Source: Candidatus Culexmicrobium cathedralense (GTDB lineage Archaea; Thermoproteota; Methanomethylicia; Culexarchaeales; Culexmicrobiaceae). Taken from it: a stretch of 64,000 nt of DNA. Location of the stretch: contig JANZKC010000001.1 in NCBI GenBank assembly GCA_025061115.1, positions 640,001 to 704,000 of the forward strand, given 5' to 3'. Shown one piece after another: positions 41,360-52,069 of the stretch (its first letter is position 1; every line of letters starts with the position of its first letter). The translations under genes and the position numbers were made by a program. The notes beneath the pieces were generated by a model that saw nothing but the letters and a program-made list of their open reading frames with translations, had not been told where the DNA came from and did no database searches.

Positions 41360-42175
41360 ATGAGAAGATTGAGACATCTATATACACTAAAAGTTCCTGA
41401 AAAAACGTTAGAAATCAATGTCTCACATGAGCTACTTACGTCAATAAGATATAGATTAAATGCTAGGAGAAGTTATGTATATGGATTTTCTATGAGGCAA
41501 GAAGCCACTGCAGGACTTGATGTGACCATAAATGTGCCTCAATTTAGGATTATATTGGGTTTGCAGTTTAAGGCACCTCGCTCTAAAAAATTTATTCTAT
41601 ATTATTTCCGCATAGCTGATAAGGCTAGAAGGGGATGTAGTTCTTTAACCTATAGTGATAAAATCCGTCATAAATGTTTAAATCAGCACATCGCCATGCT
41701 AATATCAGCAATAGCATTAAAAATAGCTTACCGCTATGATCCGCCACCAATATTCTATGCACTTCCATTAATCTATGACGCTCAAGAACTCGAAACAAAT
41801 GCAACAAACCTACTCGATAGAACAAAGTTCATAAATATAACAGCTTTTCCTCCAATGACATTTATAGACTGCCAAACACACGAGATAACAATAAATGAGA
41901 GAACAGGTAAAACACTAGTACACTCAACTTCAACTGAAATAAAAGCAATTAACGCAAAAGAGCTCATAGAAATACTTAGAAAGCTTTTAGAAGAACATGA
42001 AACCATTAAGAAGCAAAAAACAATCATAATACCAATAAAAGAACTTAAGAAAAATCTAGAAGAGCAAATACTAGAAAAACTACCAAAAGAAAAACAAGAA
42101 TATGCTGAAAAAACTATTGACGAAATATTAAAAACAAACTATAAATTCCGCATACCAATAATAGTCATACCATAA
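41360..42175 (+). CDS. Putative PD-(D/E)XK restriction-endonuclease-like protein
   Basis: PEKTLE helix, QEATAGLDV...LGLQFKAP (E..D..QxK), FYALP. Confidence 0.65.
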   Translation: MRRLRHLYTLKVPEKTLEINVSHELLTSIRYRLNARRSYVYGFSMRQEATAGLDVTINVPQFRIILGLQFKAPRSKKFILYYFRIADKARRGCSSLTYSDKIRHKCLNQHIAMLISAIALKIAYRYDPPPIFYALPLIYDAQELETNATNLLDRTKFINITAFPPMTFIDCQTHEITINERTGKTLVHSTSTEIKAINAKELIEILRKLLEEHETIKKQKTIIIPIKELKKNLEEQILEKLPKEKQEYAEKTIDEILKTNYKFRIPIIVIP

Positions 42176-42500
42176 ACTACAACTCTAACCTTAATTTCAT
42201 TCTACATTTAAAACCACATTCCAAACTACACTGTCACAACCATAATCCTCTCCCTACTAGGCCAACCACTACCAAAATCAAGAGACAAAGTCATGTACGT
42301 GGAAAAGCTGTTTACTAAAGGATTTCCGGAAAAAGAGTACCTAACCATTTGGTTAGGTAGAAGGAAAATATTGAGGATAACCAGCGCTAAGGCATCCAAA
42401 GCACCCTAGCCTATTACCCACAATACCTGATATACCTAAACCTACACAAAAGAGCATGAACTTCGCCGAACACATTTATTCAAAAATCATGACAACCTAA

Positions 42501-42803
42501 GTGAAGAATGTAACAGCACATCATGCGGCGACGAAAATGAAGCTAAAAGTAGACATACACATTCACACAGCATACTCAGATGGAACAGGAACGATAAGAG
42601 AGATATTAGTTGCAGCTAAAAAAGCAGGGTTAGATGCAATAGCCATAACAGACCACAATACGTCTAAAGGCTACTTCACAACTAGAAGAATAGCTGACGA
42701 CTTGATAGTTATACCAGGATTTGAGGCAACCACAAATGCTGAACATGTAATTGTGCTAGGAATTGTAAAGAAGAGCAGCCGCAGAATAATGCTGCCGTAT
42801 TAG
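42501..42803 (+). pseudogene. PHP-domain phosphoesterase, truncated
   Basis: DIHIHTAYSDG, AITDHN, IPGFE; ends after 100 aa. Confidence 0.78.
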
Positions 42804-43039
42804 AATTTAATTAGGAAGTTGAGGAGCTGGAAGGAGGAAGCTGGAGATTTGATAAGATTAGTGTTCGCATTACTCTTACCGGTGAACATGGCCCTATTCT
42901 TTTTCCCGAACTCGTATTGAGGCTAATAAACCCGGAATACCGAGCGGCAGTCAATCCTTTAAGAATATATTCTAGCAAACATGGTCTTATTAATGGTGGG
43001 TCTAATAGCAACATACATCTATGCATCAGGTAATTACAG

Positions 43040-43411
43040 GTACACCTTACTGATAAACACTCGGTAAGTACAACTAGGGTAGCACTTTACACCATACTTA
43101 CACCCACATACGGGGCAACAGGTGCTGCAACAGCACATCTAGCAGGGACGCTTACAGCAATGACGCTAATAGTGTCTAAGACCCATGGAGTGAAAGTACC
43201 TTGGAATAGGATGATCTTATCGCTAGTCATAGCAGTATTCTTATGCATAACGTTAAAACACTTGGTCGGAGAATCAGCCCTAGCTACAATCATAGCATTA
43301 ATAGTATACTTGTTACTAGTGTACCTAGTACAAATAGCGTTAAAGCTCTTGAGGAAAACAGAGCTAGCAAGGCTATTAGGAATGCTTGGGTTCATAGCTA
43401 GGGTAAGATAG
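43040..43411 (+). pseudogene. Flippase/polysaccharide biosynthesis protein C-terminal fragment
   Basis: LTPTYGATGAATAHLAG motif followed by TM helices; 5' boundary approximate. Confidence 0.6.
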
Positions 43412-43502
43412 GTAGGTGAGACCCTTGGAAAAACTCATGCTATTACCAACTAATTTATCAAAGCTAGATACAATAGGTATGTAGGGAAGAGGTAGTAGAG
43501 TT

Positions 43503-43702
43503 ATGGCTAGAGCTATCCGTGCTAAGTATGAGAACGGTGTTTTGAAACCATTAGAGAAGCTAGATCTTGAGGAGGGAGAGGAGGTTATCGTTAGGGTTGA
43601 GAAAAAATAGCGTATGGTCTTGTAGAGCTCGTAGAGGAGCTTAGGAAGGAAGCTCCTAAGGTTGATAACCCAGTCGAGGTTCTTGAGGAGATGAGGAAGT
43701 GA
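43503..43702 (+). pseudogene. DUF104/AF2212-like antitoxin, frameshifted at A7
   Basis: MARAIRAKYENGVLKPLEKLDLEEGEEV then frame change at GAAAAAAATAG. Confidence 0.75.
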
Positions 43703-44147
43703 TTATTGTTGATGCGAGCATCTTGATGGACGCGCTATTTAGTGGAAATCTCGAGAGATACGAGAGAGCAATGAACTTCCTCAAATGCATAGAAGGTTTA
43801 CCACTCTATGCGCCAAGGATAATCGAGGTAGAGCTTATAGCCGTAGCACGTAAGCTTGGCTACAAAGCGGAACGTGAAAACTGCTTCGCTTAACGAGGAA
43901 AATCAATCTATTGAAAGAGGAAGAAAACTTTAACCTAGCTCTATATGTAGCTGATAGAATCCACCCTAGAGCCATCGATGCCTACTACATAGCTACCGCA
44001 ATACTAACCAAGAGCATCATAATAGCTAACGATAAACTACTTGTTAGAAACTCCAGACAAGCCGGAACAGAGGCTTACTACCTAACAGAGGAACACGATA
44101 CAGTTATGAAGAAAGTAGAAGAACTAAGGCGACATCAAGGATCATGA
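43699..44147 (+). pseudogene. vapC: VapC PIN toxin, frameshifted
   Basis: IIVDASILMD in frame 1; RAIDAYYIATA..AND in frame 2. Confidence 0.78.
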
Positions 44148-44329
44148 GACCCTCTGAAAAATACCGATGAGTATTCCGCGGCTCAAAACCTAGCACTGAA
44201 ACCTAGCCGTGTAAGATACAGAGACGCTACCACAAAGATTGAGGTTACCGATGAACTGAGGCATTTGCTCGATAAGATGAAATTCCTTAGATGTGATGAA
44301 GAGGCCTTCAGACCTCTTCGTATTCTCAA

Positions 44330-44840
44330 TACAGCTACTATCAATGCTGAGCATATACATCTTCACGTATATAGCGAGCGAAGCCATCTCCGCGGGGACA
44401 CTCTACATATCGATGATGATAGCTTGGCGATACTAGCAATACCGAGCCCACTCCTAAATGCAGCACTGCCCATAGGAGCACGGAGAAACGTAGATCCATT
44501 CAGCGATAGCCTCAGGATAGGGCTAGCACCAGCGACACTGATCATAGTAGCCGTAGTAGCGGGCGCTAAGAGCGCTTCTTCAAGCAGCAAGCCTGGGGCT
44601 CATAGATGGGGCAAATGTGTTGAGAAGCCTACTACTATCCTTAACACCGCTAGCAGTTCTAACCGCTACGGTAACAAAACTAAACAAAGAAAGGAGGACA
44701 AGCATGCTCGTAGCGATGGGCGCACTACTACTATCCCTACTAGCAGCGTTAATGATACCACTAACAAAGCTCTTCAAAACCGAAGGAGCAGCCCTAGCAT
44801 TCCTCACAGCAAACACCACACTATAAGACACCGCCCCCTT
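44330..44840 (+). pseudogene. Flippase-like membrane protein remnant
   Basis: Hydrophobic segments across shifting frames (AGTLYISMMIA / LAIPSPLLNAALP / LTPLAVLTATVTKLN). Confidence 0.5.
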
Positions 44841-47800
44841 AACTACGAACAAGAACCCTCCCAACATACTTCCTCAAAGCTAAAGCCCATCTATCACCCC
44901 TAGACCTACGCCAGTCCCACACTAAGTAAAAGATGCATAAAGCAAAAGTAGTAGCAGAAATCTTAAGACCAAGCTCAAACCAGTCCTGAGGAACATACCT
45001 GATAACAATAGTGAGGTCACCGGTCTCATTAATCCAGAAGCCGTTGATAACACCGTAGACAGGGATAGACCTAACCCCCTCAAGAAGCTCACCGTCCCTA
45101 TAGACCATAGCCTCCCATAGAGGATCATAAGCCTCAGCAAAAACAAGCATAAACGGCTTCTTAGCAATAACCTTAACCTTCCACATTGTTGGGTCTATAC
45201 GCTCATAGCGAATTACCTTAGCAAGCTCTTCTTTAACTTTGAAGAGATCTTCAATTGTTGTTCTAGAGGTGGGTGATTCAACGGAGTAAATCCATATAAC
45301 ATCGAGATACAGAGATTTCTTAGAAGCTTCCACACGAATTGTATGGTTACCTTTCTCAAGGTGTATAGGCCCTATATAGTGGAAGTCGATAGCGTTTGAG
45401 GATACCTCATAGCTCTTCTCATCTATGACAACTTTTGCATCTCCTCTCAGCTTTATGGCTACCATGTAATAGCCATCTTTAACAACTTCGAAGCTCTGCC
45501 ATGCATAGCCTCCAGGTTCTATAGATAGTGCTTCGCCGTTGCTAGCGTTGATATTCTTAACAATCTTAGCTTCTGCTCTAAACATATCTGACTCAGCTTC
45601 GAAGATGTAGATGACTGTTTTGTTCTCTAAGAGCCTCTCAAACTCCTTAACAAGCTTGCTGTATTCATCAACAGGTATCAGAACAAACACATTGAAAGCG
45701 TTAAAGCCCTCAACATTCTCTAGCATCAGCACATGTCTACCAGCTTCGAGCTTAAACGTACCCAGGTCTCTCCACACAAACCTATTCAGCTGGCTAATAG
45801 TGCTGATCTCGGCGATAAGCCTACCATCGAGATAGACCCTTATAGCACCACCCTTCTGATTTTCAAAGTAACGAGCAAAGAGTTTGTACTTGCCCGATCT
45901 AGACACATCGAAAGGCATGTCCAGAGTAACACGCCTAACATTTTTTGTGACATCATAGACCTTAACATAGTCAATCATAATGATATTAGGCAAAGGCTTA
46001 ACCGTTAAATGACCATGCCAAATCTGAAGCTGAACATAACGAACCCTACTACTGCTAGGAACATAGTTAAACACGACCTCCTTCCAATCAAAAGTACCAT
46101 CACCAACATTCTTAACGTGCTCAACATCAATTTTTTTCTTGTTAGAATCAAACTCAGCGATCTTAATATGGATCTTATGAGCGTTAACACCGCGAATCTT
46201 AACAACAAATTGATAGGCATGCTGAGGATCAACCAGTATCAATGGTGTGTTAATAGTCTTCCAACCCCAAGTAGAATTGTAAAGTTCGACTTCGAGAATA
46301 CCATCGACGCAAATTAACTTTTGTAATGCATTAAACTGTTTAGATGGTGTATTCTCTATCCACGGAAGACAGTCATCTTGTGAGTTGTATTCCCAAGACT
46401 TAATGAGATCCCTATTAGAGAGCTTGAGATTTGATGGAATATTATGTTTAGCCCGTGTAAAGGCTAAACCATAGCCGTAATCAAAGTCCCAAGCCCATTC
46501 ATTAATGCCTAATTTTTTCAGAGTACTTTGAAAGCTGTAACTCGACGTGGAATAGCCATAACTCCACATTCTTTCAGGTGTCACAATCCTCTTAACAAAA
46601 GCAGCAGGTTGTATTACTATTTTCTTGTCTAGCTTTGCCAAGATAAGAGGTACTATAGAACTATTACCTACTATAATAGTGTGATCAAAAATATGATGAA
46701 AGTCTTTAATACTTTTTATATCTAAGCTATTTAGAAAGATTATAGAAACTCTAACATTTGATTCACTAGTATATATAACGTTTACTAAAGAAGCATAGGC
46801 TGGTAGGCCACCTACAACTATGCTCGTAGTATTGGGAATGAAAATACGTTGAAACACGTTCTGTATTTGGAAAACGGTTAAATACTCTCCTTCGTAAATA
46901 ACCTTTAGGGTTCTATCGTTTCTAAGTTTATTAACGATGGATTTTATATACAAATTCGTGTAATTAATCTTTTCTTCATATTCGTTCCATGTTAAATCAT
47001 AGTGGATAATCAAGTACTTGATATTTAAGGGTCCGAAAATATTACCCCACCTAAGGTCTTTGTAACCGTCTAAAGGTCGGTAAAATGGTCTCCAACCAAT
47101 AGGATTATAATAATCGAAGAAGTAGAATTTTGTGTACAAGTATGTTGGTAGGGATGAGGATTTTAGATCGAATCTACCTGTTGGTGGACCACTATAAGGG
47201 GAAGAACCGTTTATCCAAACAGCTTTTCTACCCCCGAAGATGGGCAACCATAAAGCATGAAAGAAAGGATTTTCAGCTTTGATTAATTTGTTTACATATG
47301 TGTAATCTTTTGGTACTGTTGTAGGACTCCAATAACAATTTAGATTACCCGTTAGTAAAGGCCAGCTTGAGACCAGCGCAGAAAATAAGATTATAAAACA
47401 TAATATTCCCAGCACTATTTGCATTATTTTCTTTTTATTTTTACCGTTATATATTTTTTCGTATACTAACACAATTAAAGATGCAAGAAGTACCTCATAG
47501 TATAAAGGTAGAAACATAGCATTATGATAGCTTTGTCTAATTAACCTTCCAAGAGAAGGAAAGTTTCCCATCAGATTTATCAAATAATTTGAAAGTGGAG
47601 CCTCCTTAAGCATTGATAAATACAGAGTTATTGGGATAAGTACTGGAAAACTGATAATTACCCATGAACTCGGTCTCATCATCCTAATTATTGAATTCAT
47701 AAAGATTATGGAAGACAATGCTAGGATAGTAATGGAAAGGGACAGAAATGGTCTTTTGTCAGATGGAGGATAAGGATTGGAGAAATGAGAACCAAGGTAA

Positions 47801-48624
47801 TTCGTGAAGAATAATGAGAACGCATTTATTGGTCTTTCACCAGATATATTACTGACAGTAAAGGCTTGAATGACTGTTGGTTGGTTGGTAAGACTTGTAA
47901 GTAGTAGTGGAAGATACACGGGCAATAGCATACTTCCAAGAAATGCCGTTGTCATTAATAACCTTTTTACAACGATTTTTACCTTTCTGTTAAAGATGAT
48001 ATAAAAGATTGCGAGAAGAGATGCTGGAAGGAGAAACTTAAATATATACCGTGAAGTTTCAACCAATGAGAAAAATATTGCAAATACAAAAGAGTAACGA
48101 AGATATCTTTTATCTTCTAAAATCTTTATCCACAAGTAGAATAACAGAGGCGATAAAGCGTATTGCCACCGTAATACTAAGTTTCTGCTTCGATGAGTTA
48201 TCCAAGGATTGAAAGTATAAACTAAGGAAATTAATATGAGGAGAAAAACAATCAAAGTAGTTACCCTGTTTTTCTCCAATAAAGTTTTCTTTAAAAAATA
48301 ATAGCTAGTTAAGAAACTTACAGGATGAATGAGGATCAGAAAAAGCTTTATTGCCACCTCAAAACCCATGGCTTTAGAAAGGAAGTAGATTATGTGATAC
48401 AAATAGTATTTCGGTACATCAGCAATCGATGTTATACCTATCTGATCATCCCAAACCTGAGTAGCTTTTAGGAAGTGTTCTTCGTCGTAGACTTCTACTT
48501 GTTCAGCCAATATGGGTATACCAGGACTTAAAATAACCTTAGATCCCACAGCAAATGCGATGGTTATAGCTACGCATATCAGTATGAGTTTTTCCATCAA
48601 GTTACCATACATAAATCCTTGCAT
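44839..48624 (-). CDS. Large membrane protein: multi-TM GT-C-like N-terminus, extracellular carbohydrate-binding-like domains, C-terminal TM
   Basis: About 12 TMs with YTFNPW; NIKYLIIH; beta-sandwich repeats; LVFAEAYDPLW..INGFWI YfhO-like C-term. Confidence 0.75.
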   Translation of the reverse strand: MQGFMYGNLMEKLILICVAITIAFAVGSKVILSPGIPILAEQVEVYDEEHFLKATQVWDDQIGITSIADVPKYYLYHIIYFLSKAMGFEVAIKLFLILIHPVSFLTSYYFLKKTLLEKNRVTTLIVFLLILISLVYTFNPWITHRSRNLVLRWQYALSPLLFYLWIKILEDKRYLRYSFVFAIFFSLVETSRYIFKFLLPASLLAIFYIIFNRKVKIVVKRLLMTTAFLGSMLLPVYLPLLLTSLTNQPTVIQAFTVSNISGERPINAFSLFFTNYLGSHFSNPYPPSDKRPFLSLSITILALSSIIFMNSIIRMMRPSSWVIISFPVLIPITLYLSMLKEAPLSNYLINLMGNFPSLGRLIRQSYHNAMFLPLYYEVLLASLIVLVYEKIYNGKNKKKIMQIVLGILCFIILFSALVSSWPLLTGNLNCYWSPTTVPKDYTYVNKLIKAENPFFHALWLPIFGGRKAVWINGSSPYSGPPTGRFDLKSSSLPTYLYTKFYFFDYYNPIGWRPFYRPLDGYKDLRWGNIFGPLNIKYLIIHYDLTWNEYEEKINYTNLYIKSIVNKLRNDRTLKVIYEGEYLTVFQIQNVFQRIFIPNTTSIVVGGLPAYASLVNVIYTSESNVRVSIIFLNSLDIKSIKDFHHIFDHTIIVGNSSIVPLILAKLDKKIVIQPAAFVKRIVTPERMWSYGYSTSSYSFQSTLKKLGINEWAWDFDYGYGLAFTRAKHNIPSNLKLSNRDLIKSWEYNSQDDCLPWIENTPSKQFNALQKLICVDGILEVELYNSTWGWKTINTPLILVDPQHAYQFVVKIRGVNAHKIHIKIAEFDSNKKKIDVEHVKNVGDGTFDWKEVVFNYVPSSSRVRYVQLQIWHGHLTVKPLPNIIMIDYVKVYDVTKNVRRVTLDMPFDVSRSGKYKLFARYFENQKGGAIRVYLDGRLIAEISTISQLNRFVWRDLGTFKLEAGRHVLMLENVEGFNAFNVFVLIPVDEYSKLVKEFERLLENKTVIYIFEAESDMFRAEAKIVKNINASNGEALSIEPGGYAWQSFEVVKDGYYMVAIKLRGDAKVVIDEKSYEVSSNAIDFHYIGPIHLEKGNHTIRVEASKKSLYLDVIWIYSVESPTSRTTIEDLFKVKEELAKVIRYERIDPTMWKVKVIAKKPFMLVFAEAYDPLWEAMVYRDGELLEGVRSIPVYGVINGFWINETGDLTIVIRYVPQDWFELGLKISATTFALCIFYLVWDWRRSRGDRWALALRKYVGRVLVRS

Positions 48625-48630
48625 GATAAA

Positions 48631-49692
48631 TTACCTTACCTTCCTTTTTATTATATCCAAGTACTCATATGGAGAATTAGCTCTGATTTTGACGACATCA
48701 ACCTTCCTAATTAATTTATTAAATTTCTCCTTTTCAATCGATTCTAAATCAAGCTTTTGATGATACAAGATAGCATTAATGACCAAATTTGATCTAAGGT
48801 TAAACTCATTTCTAGTCAAATTCAAAATCTCTACTAATGCGCTATTTTCATCAACCCTATCAAAGACTGATTGTTGACCGTACTCCAAAATGAATATTTT
48901 CTTCAACTTTGCTTTGGGGATTATTTTGCCTTCAAAAAGTTCCCCTAACACCTTTCTCCTTATTGGAATATAGTAGTTTAATGGTGCTATATATTTTAAT
49001 TTTGATGTTTCATGATAGAATGTTGCTGTGTACGGAACAGCATGGATGCATAGATCCCGCAAATTCACGACAGACAGATCTTCCGAAAGAAGCTTAAATC
49101 CGTCCTCTGCTAACTTCGTAACTACAAAGGATTTTCCAGTATTTGGGGGAGCCAATACAAGATATCCTTCATCTTCACTTGTAGCAAAAGCTGATGCATG
49201 TAAGGTCAGGAAATCGTTAAGTAACAACTTCAAATAGGTTACATCTCTTAGGTGAAGCCCGGGAGGTACAACGTTCTCTATTCTTAGCTTAAATAAGGAG
49301 TAGTAATGCTTATTGACATAAAGTTCTATTCTATCTTGAGAAATCTTAGTAAGCATGAACAGATCTACAAAACCTGCTTTTTTCATGTAGATGGTACTTA
49401 ACGAATTGGTATCGATTCTTCTTAAAAATACAGAGTCTGAATATCCTGTGCACTTCTCATCGTTATACTCATTAAGTAAATCGATGAAATATTTTCTGGG
49501 TCTAAAGTCAAAGAATATTTTGATACGGCAATTGGTGTATGGGAATAAGTCTTCATAAAAGAATTCTCCGAAGGAGAAGTAGTGTATTTTTGGCGTATTA
49601 GAGTGTATAGAGATAACTTCGGGTACTAACATCCTTTGGTACTTAAAATTGAAGTGATAGTTAGCATCTTTAACCTTGTTCACGTTTTTCAT
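48631..49692 (-). CDS. HPr kinase-like P-loop protein
   Basis: LHASA...LVLAPPNTGKS, LSED. Confidence 0.72.
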   Translation of the reverse strand: MKNVNKVKDANYHFNFKYQRMLVPEVISIHSNTPKIHYFSFGEFFYEDLFPYTNCRIKIFFDFRPRKYFIDLLNEYNDEKCTGYSDSVFLRRIDTNSLSTIYMKKAGFVDLFMLTKISQDRIELYVNKHYYSLFKLRIENVVPPGLHLRDVTYLKLLLNDFLTLHASAFATSEDEGYLVLAPPNTGKSFVVTKLAEDGFKLLSEDLSVVNLRDLCIHAVPYTATFYHETSKLKYIAPLNYYIPIRRKVLGELFEGKIIPKAKLKKIFILEYGQQSVFDRVDENSALVEILNLTRNEFNLRSNLVINAILYHQKLDLESIEKEKFNKLIRKVDVVKIRANSPYEYLDIIKRKVR

Positions 49693-49698
49693 AACTAA

Positions 49699-50200
49699 TC
49701 ACCTACTTAGATTAGCTTCCGCTTGATGTTCTATGTTTCCCGAATCTACTAATATCCCTGTTCCACGATCCTCTTTCCCTAATTTAAACCAGGTTGTGGC
49801 ATATCCCAGACCCGGAGCGAGATATTCTAATATTTTCAATACTATGACTCCTATTGCTAGATATGGTTTTCTCCAAAACCGTTTATTTAGTAGGAATATC
49901 TTGAATCTATAGATTGGATCAACTTGTTTCTTAACGTATTCTTCATATAAACTTTTGTACTTGTTTATGTAGAACCTGGCCGTCTTACCAAAGTAATGTT
50001 TCTTCTTAAGCCACTTTAATAGCGAAAAATCCTCTTCGTGATGCAGTATACATGAGTTTATTCTTGCCCTTACGTTATAACCCATCTTCTCTATTTTGTA
50101 TGGTAGTGTTGCTTCTTCGTAGAATACTACGTCCTCATCGAACCCTCCTACTTTCAATGCTACATCCCTCCTGAAGAATCCCGGCGATTCTATTACAGCT
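49699..50200 (-). pseudogene. GT2 glycosyltransferase C-terminal fragment
   Basis: KVGGFDEDVVFYEE, ILHHE; N-terminal catalytic half absent. Confidence 0.7.
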
Positions 50201-50293
50201 TTATATGAAGACTCCTTATGACGCTACCAAGACCATCTTTAGCTGTATCTTTACCCAACAATCACTACTATATAATGTACTCATGTTTAGATC

Positions 50294-51133
50294 TTAACTT
50301 CTTGTATAAGGATGGGTTTTCAATGCTAAAAGCATTCCCATGGAGACTGCTGTGGCTTGCAGTGTCTTGAACATTGGTACGAGAAATAGCCCGGGCAACC
50401 ATTTTCGTCCGAAATATGCTATGTATTCTCTTTTAAAGAACGATGGTCTTACTGGTGTGATGTGTGCTATGTTCGGATTCTTCCTTACGTAATACTTTAT
50501 GTTCGAGCCATAGTATATGCTTTTTATTATGAACTCTCTCACGCTTTTCGGTTCGCCTATATGTATTTCGAAGCTATGTCTCGTTCTAGCAATTTTGGCT
50601 CCTACTTTAATTAGTCTTTGATGTAGGTCGTAGTCTTCGTTGGCGTAAAGCCTTGTGTCGAAACCTCCTACCTTAGTAAAGAGGCTTTTCCTCATGAATC
50701 TAGCAGCCTCGTATACACCACTGCCATAGTATGACAGTCTTTCGTAGAATCTCACCTTTGCTATGAGGCTAGGTTTAGGATAACTAATATTCAGAACAAT
50801 TACCGCGTCATAGCCTCGTTTCATCAGCTGAACACATTCTTCTACTACTCTTGGGTGAAGAACGAAATCCGAATCGATAAAATACACAAATTCCCCTCTT
50901 GCTTTAAGTGCTCCATAATTCTTTTGGGCTGATCTCTCTGGGCCTTTAATATAGACCTTTGCCCTATATTTTTCCGCAATCTCTACTGTTCGATCCTTAC
51001 TAAAGTTATCCACTACGATAACCTCTATGTTTCTGTATGTCTGCCTCTTTATCGATTCTAGGCATAGTGGTAGTGTTTTCTCAGAGTTGTACGTAGGTAT
51101 TATTACCGATACTAAAGGTGCCTCACTAAGCAT
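50294..51133 (-). CDS. GT2 glycosyltransferase
   Basis: VSVIIPTYN, VVDNFSKD, FIDSD, GGFD..ANED. Confidence 0.93.
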   Translation of the reverse strand: MLSEAPLVSVIIPTYNSEKTLPLCLESIKRQTYRNIEVIVVDNFSKDRTVEIAEKYRAKVYIKGPERSAQKNYGALKARGEFVYFIDSDFVLHPRVVEECVQLMKRGYDAVIVLNISYPKPSLIAKVRFYERLSYYGSGVYEAARFMRKSLFTKVGGFDTRLYANEDYDLHQRLIKVGAKIARTRHSFEIHIGEPKSVREFIIKSIYYGSNIKYYVRKNPNIAHITPVRPSFFKREYIAYFGRKWLPGLFLVPMFKTLQATAVSMGMLLALKTHPYTRS

Positions 51134-52055
51134 AGATTTTCTTTCGACTTAAATCTTTACGTAACTTATTTATTTTGTACCTTATCCTTATTCTTGTAAG
51201 ATCTTCATGCTTATATTTATACCTTCTTTTAGACTTGATAACAAACCAAGGAACTTCTACTAAAGCGGGTATGTAAACTCCTGTGGGATGCCCATATATT
51301 GGAAAAATTCCTAATGCTTTTTCTCCACATGCATTTCCATGATCAGAAGTTACGACGGTTACCCCATCTAGTTTGTTTAGTAAGTACCTAATATAGGGTA
51401 AGACTAGCCTTAGGTTGCTTTCATAGGCCATCATGACTACTTTTCTACCATACTTTAATGCGACCTCTACAAAAGAGCCTTTAACTCTATATTCTCCTAT
51501 AAAGGGGGAGTGAGGTTGCATATAATGTACTATGAGCCTTTTTTCTGGATAAAGAGCTTTGATTTCTAGTGCTACTTTAGTTACTGGTTCTGGGGGGACG
51601 GTGCCTAATTCATAATCCCAGTAATCACGCCATACATCAATTACTTTATAAAATACACCCTTTAGCATTATACTAACATAGGGGTTGGCTGTTACGTAAA
51701 TGGTATCCATAAATTTCTTACCCGAGAAGTTTTCCTTTAAAAATTCTGTTGTAGAACTTCCTCTTGACATTACCTTTCTAAGCTCTCCCTTTATACCTAA
51801 GTGATTCACGTACTTCTCGAATATGTCATAGCGGCAAGCATCAAGTATTATTAGGTTATCCCACTCCTGCTTCATTATGTATAAGCCTTGATTTTTCTTA
51901 TGTTTGTAGAGGATCGAGAGGATATGGTTTTCGAATTGGAAGTAGTACCATGTCCAATCTTTCCAGTGGGCTTTAAGTTGTGAGAGGTAATATTTTAATT
52001 TACTAATGCCTCTCTTTCTAGGTGCTTCAAATATATCCCAAATATCTCTTGACAT
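51126..52055 (-). CDS. Sulfatase/alkaline phosphatase superfamily protein
   Basis: LIILDACRYD, SRGSST, HYMQPHSP, TSDHG, YGHP. Confidence 0.85.
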   Translation of the reverse strand: MSRDIWDIFEAPRKRGISKLKYYLSQLKAHWKDWTWYYFQFENHILSILYKHKKNQGLYIMKQEWDNLIILDACRYDIFEKYVNHLGIKGELRKVMSRGSSTTEFLKENFSGKKFMDTIYVTANPYVSIMLKGVFYKVIDVWRDYWDYELGTVPPEPVTKVALEIKALYPEKRLIVHYMQPHSPFIGEYRVKGSFVEVALKYGRKVVMMAYESNLRLVLPYIRYLLNKLDGVTVVTSDHGNACGEKALGIFPIYGHPTGVYIPALVEVPWFVIKSKRRYKYKHEDLTRIRIRYKINKLRKDLSRKKIYA

Positions 52056-52069
52056 ACTCTATGGCTCCC

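Noticed and set aside
44265-44903. 212 aa plus-strand ORF as an intact gene
   Set aside because: Appears to be a chimera of frames through a decayed flippase-like gene
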